This document shows positions 61,351 through 64,000 of a DNA stretch of 64,000 nucleotides, piece after piece. The translations under genes and the position numbers were made by a program. The notes beneath the pieces are model-generated. The model worked only from the letters and a program-made list of their open reading frames with translations. It searched no databases and was not told the DNA's origin. Source of the DNA: Macrostomum lignano. Lineage: Eukaryota. Within the stretch, counting starts at the first letter, position 1. Each line of letters begins with the position of its first letter. The DNA is taken from assembly GCA_002269645.1 (NCBI GenBank), contig NIVC01000157.1, positions 62,001 through 126,000 on the forward strand, given 5' to 3'.

Positions 61351-63280
61351 TAAGGTCCAAGTCAAATAGACTTGGACCTTATTTCAAGGTCCATGAGCCA
61401 CATCATGGACCTTGAAATATTCTGATTTCAGTCTTGGACCTTGTCAGTACATCCATGAGCCACATCTTCCGAAGAGATACAGCTTTTTATAAAAACCAAG
61501 TTTACTAGTTCTTAAATCTTCTACGTATACTAAATCTTCAATGTAAAAATATTTAATTTGTACTGCAGAAATATTTTATTACATATAATAATACAAGTGT
61601 ACTATATTCTGATTATATTGCCCTGCAGCTTATAATATTTAGCATAGAATATTAAATAAAACATTGTAACAACTTACGTCTACTTGCTAGGAGTTACCGG
61701 TTTCAATAAAAGTTCGCAGAGCCCAGACCAGACTGATAAAAAAGTATGGGGTATGGGGACGGGCGCTCCAATATACAAACTGAGACGAAAGGCCTGAGGG
61801 CCATTCGAGTCTGGCAAGTTGGCTGTCTGTCTGACTGAATCAGCGGTATATACTCATGTTCGACCCCCGCCCCTCCCCTTTCGTGCAGGCCGCGGGGGGT
61901 AAGGGAGAGAAAGGGAGGCAGGCAGGCAGTTAATGTACGGCCCAGCCATTGGACAAGCGGTTGGAAATCGAGGGAGTTGACAAACCCAGTTTTAGGGTGA
62001 GTGAGGAGAGAAGGCTAGCTGCGTGCACGTGCATACGATCGGTCGGTCGGTCGAGAGATATCGATCGGTTCTGTTTTGTGGGCCATGTGGGGCCAGCTTG
62101 AATACTTCCCAATTCTGGGTTAAGGGCCAGACAAAGAATCCAATCCATGGGAGTCATGGCTTATGGCTGCCGGGAGGGGAGGGAGAGAAGAAAATAACAG
62201 GAAAGAGCTGAGAGCCTGAGAGACACAGAGCGGACCGAATTGCTATTGGGATAGGGAAGTTTAAGGACCCGAGGCCCCGAAGGCCAAACCGGATAGACAG
62301 GATTCGCGCTTCGCGGGCCTTGAAGCCTTTGATTATACAAGGCCTGCTTCGCATAGCATCATGGACGACTTTAATAATCAATAGCAATAAAATCTAGGAG
62401 TTCATGTTCGCACACAGGCACACAGCACCGGGAGAGGTGAATCATCCCAGTTCGCGTCATGGGCAAAGGGCCATAATTCTCATGAAGAGAGATCATTAGG
62501 ACTTAAAATTGAAAAGGACCGCTGTAAAAGTTGAAAGTCAAAACTTAACAAGCGACTGCTTGAGTAGAACAACACTAACGACATAAACGACACTTAGTAG
62601 TCCATGACTTAAACTTGAAATTTCAACATCTTTAAGAATTAGTTGAAACAGCACATCACAAATTGGTTTGGGAAAATCAGACCACATCAAAATTACATGG
62701 GAATTGTAAACGAGCTTTTTTCACACACAATTTGAAAATTTAAGAAATTCCGGGCGGTACAATTTGTCGAGAATCCCGGGATTTTTTAAGTCGGGGATAT
62801 CCCAATCCCGAAAATCCCGGGATTGGCAAAACTCGGGATTTTTTATTCCCCAGTTATGACTCATGGAATGGAATTTGTCATTCCGTGCGGCAGACCAAAT
62901 CTGCACCTAATGGTATAGGGTCTAGCTCAGGGGTTGGCAAACTTTTTATATCAAGGGCCAGATGGACAATCTAGTGGCAGACTGCGGGCCAGAGGAGAGG
63001 AGATAGGATAGGGTCAAAGGAAATAGAGAAGAGATGGGAGACAAAAGAGTGAAAGCACAGGAGAAAATATAAGAGAGGAGAGGAGAAGACCAGAGGAGAG
63101 GAGAGGAGAGAAGAGGGACAAGAAAAGAGATTATTAGAGAGAAGATCGAGCTGAAAAGAGACGCAAACCTTGTGCTATTGTAGGACCCGAGGGTCGGATA
63201 AGAGAGGCTTCTTCGCGGGACGGAGTTTGCCGACCTCTGGTCTAGCTTCTGGATTCCTCTTGACTGTAGGGGGGGGGGGG

Positions 63281-63618
63281 CAGGGGCGTAGCCAGAGGGG
63301 GGCAAGGGGGCCGTGGCCCCCCCCCAATCACTAACTCTGGCCTTGGCACCCCCCACTAAAAGAAACTGGCGCCCACCTCCTAAAAGTAACTGGCGCCCCC
63401 CACTAAAAGAAACTGGCGCGCCCCCCACTAAAAGAAACTGGCGCCCCCCCCCCACTAAAAGAAACTGGCGCCCTCCCTAAAAGAAACTGGCGCTCCCCCT
63501 ATAAGAAGCTGGCGCCCCCCCCCCTATAAGAAGCTGGCGCCCCCCCCCCCCTATAAGAAGCTAGCGCCCCCTAACTCACGGCCCCCCCCCCCAATCAAAA
63601 TTCCTGGCTACGCCCCTG
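63281..63618. mobile_element. MITE with 15-bp TIRs and internal tandem repeats of about 21-23 bp
   Basis: CAGGGGCGTAGCCAG ... CTGGCTACGCCCCTG, with internal CCCCACTAAAAGAAACTGGCG repeats; inserted in a G-run. Confidence 0.8.
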
Positions 63619-64000
63619 GGGGGTGTTATTTCGCATTGGATTTTGGTAGGGGTCACAAAATCCCGGATTCTGTCAATCCCGGGATCCCGGGATCCCGGGA
63701 TTAGGAAACGTCAAATCCCAGGATCCCGGGATTAATATTTTTTCAGTACCATCCTTGTCGTAACATTGTTATAATGTTATATCAACGCTGCGAATTACTT
63801 TTTTATCACGTGACTAACGTGAGAACATCTGCAAGTTGCAAGTAAAAATAAGCAAACACTATGCAAAGCAAAATAAAATGTATACACATGTATTACATAC
63901 TATGTAGTAGCACTAGCAGTATGCACATTGCAAAACAAATGCACATGACTCGTGGACGTGGTCGTGGAGTCGTTGGCCCGTGGCATGAGGCACACTCACA

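Noticed and set aside
62750-62960. hAT/Helitron end with CCCGGGA repeats and CAGGGGTTGGCAAAC
   Set aside because: Only one plausible terminus is seen, with no partner TIR or TSD, so the boundaries cannot be supported.
1-64000. Integrase, major capsid, FtsK ATPase or adenain protease for the pPolB element
   Set aside because: None was recognised by eye in the ORF track or sequence. Highly degenerate remnants could be missed, so a six-frame HMM search is needed.

Overview
Eukaryotic (most likely invertebrate) repeat-rich DNA; the 66-90 nt GT-AG introns and CAG runs point this way, but the host cannot be fixed from sequence alone. No host housekeeping genes, RNA genes or CRISPR arrays were seen. 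Bases 1-28.9 kb are a scrambled cluster of six partial, decayed copies of one element family. A second, diverged family with the same gene order lies at 45.7-56.3 kb. Piecing the copies together gives an approximately 10.3 kb linear element with terminal inverted repeats: TIR - pPolB (7 exons, 6 spliceosomal introns, three of them in catalytic motifs A, B and C) <- bidirectional promoter -> PC4-like ssDNA-binding protein -> orphan two-exon gene Y -> dUTPase - TIR. A fixed terminus (...TTACGTAGT) occurs three times. No integrase, major capsid, packaging ATPase or maturation protease gene was found linked to it. Separate degenerate Polinton/adintovirus structural remnants (minor capsid-like and PLA2X-like) lie at 40.7-42.5 kb. 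The rest is hAT and Merlin transposase pseudogenes, MITEs, a solo LTR, LINE fragments and simple repeats. Every pPolB copy carries lesions or truncations.
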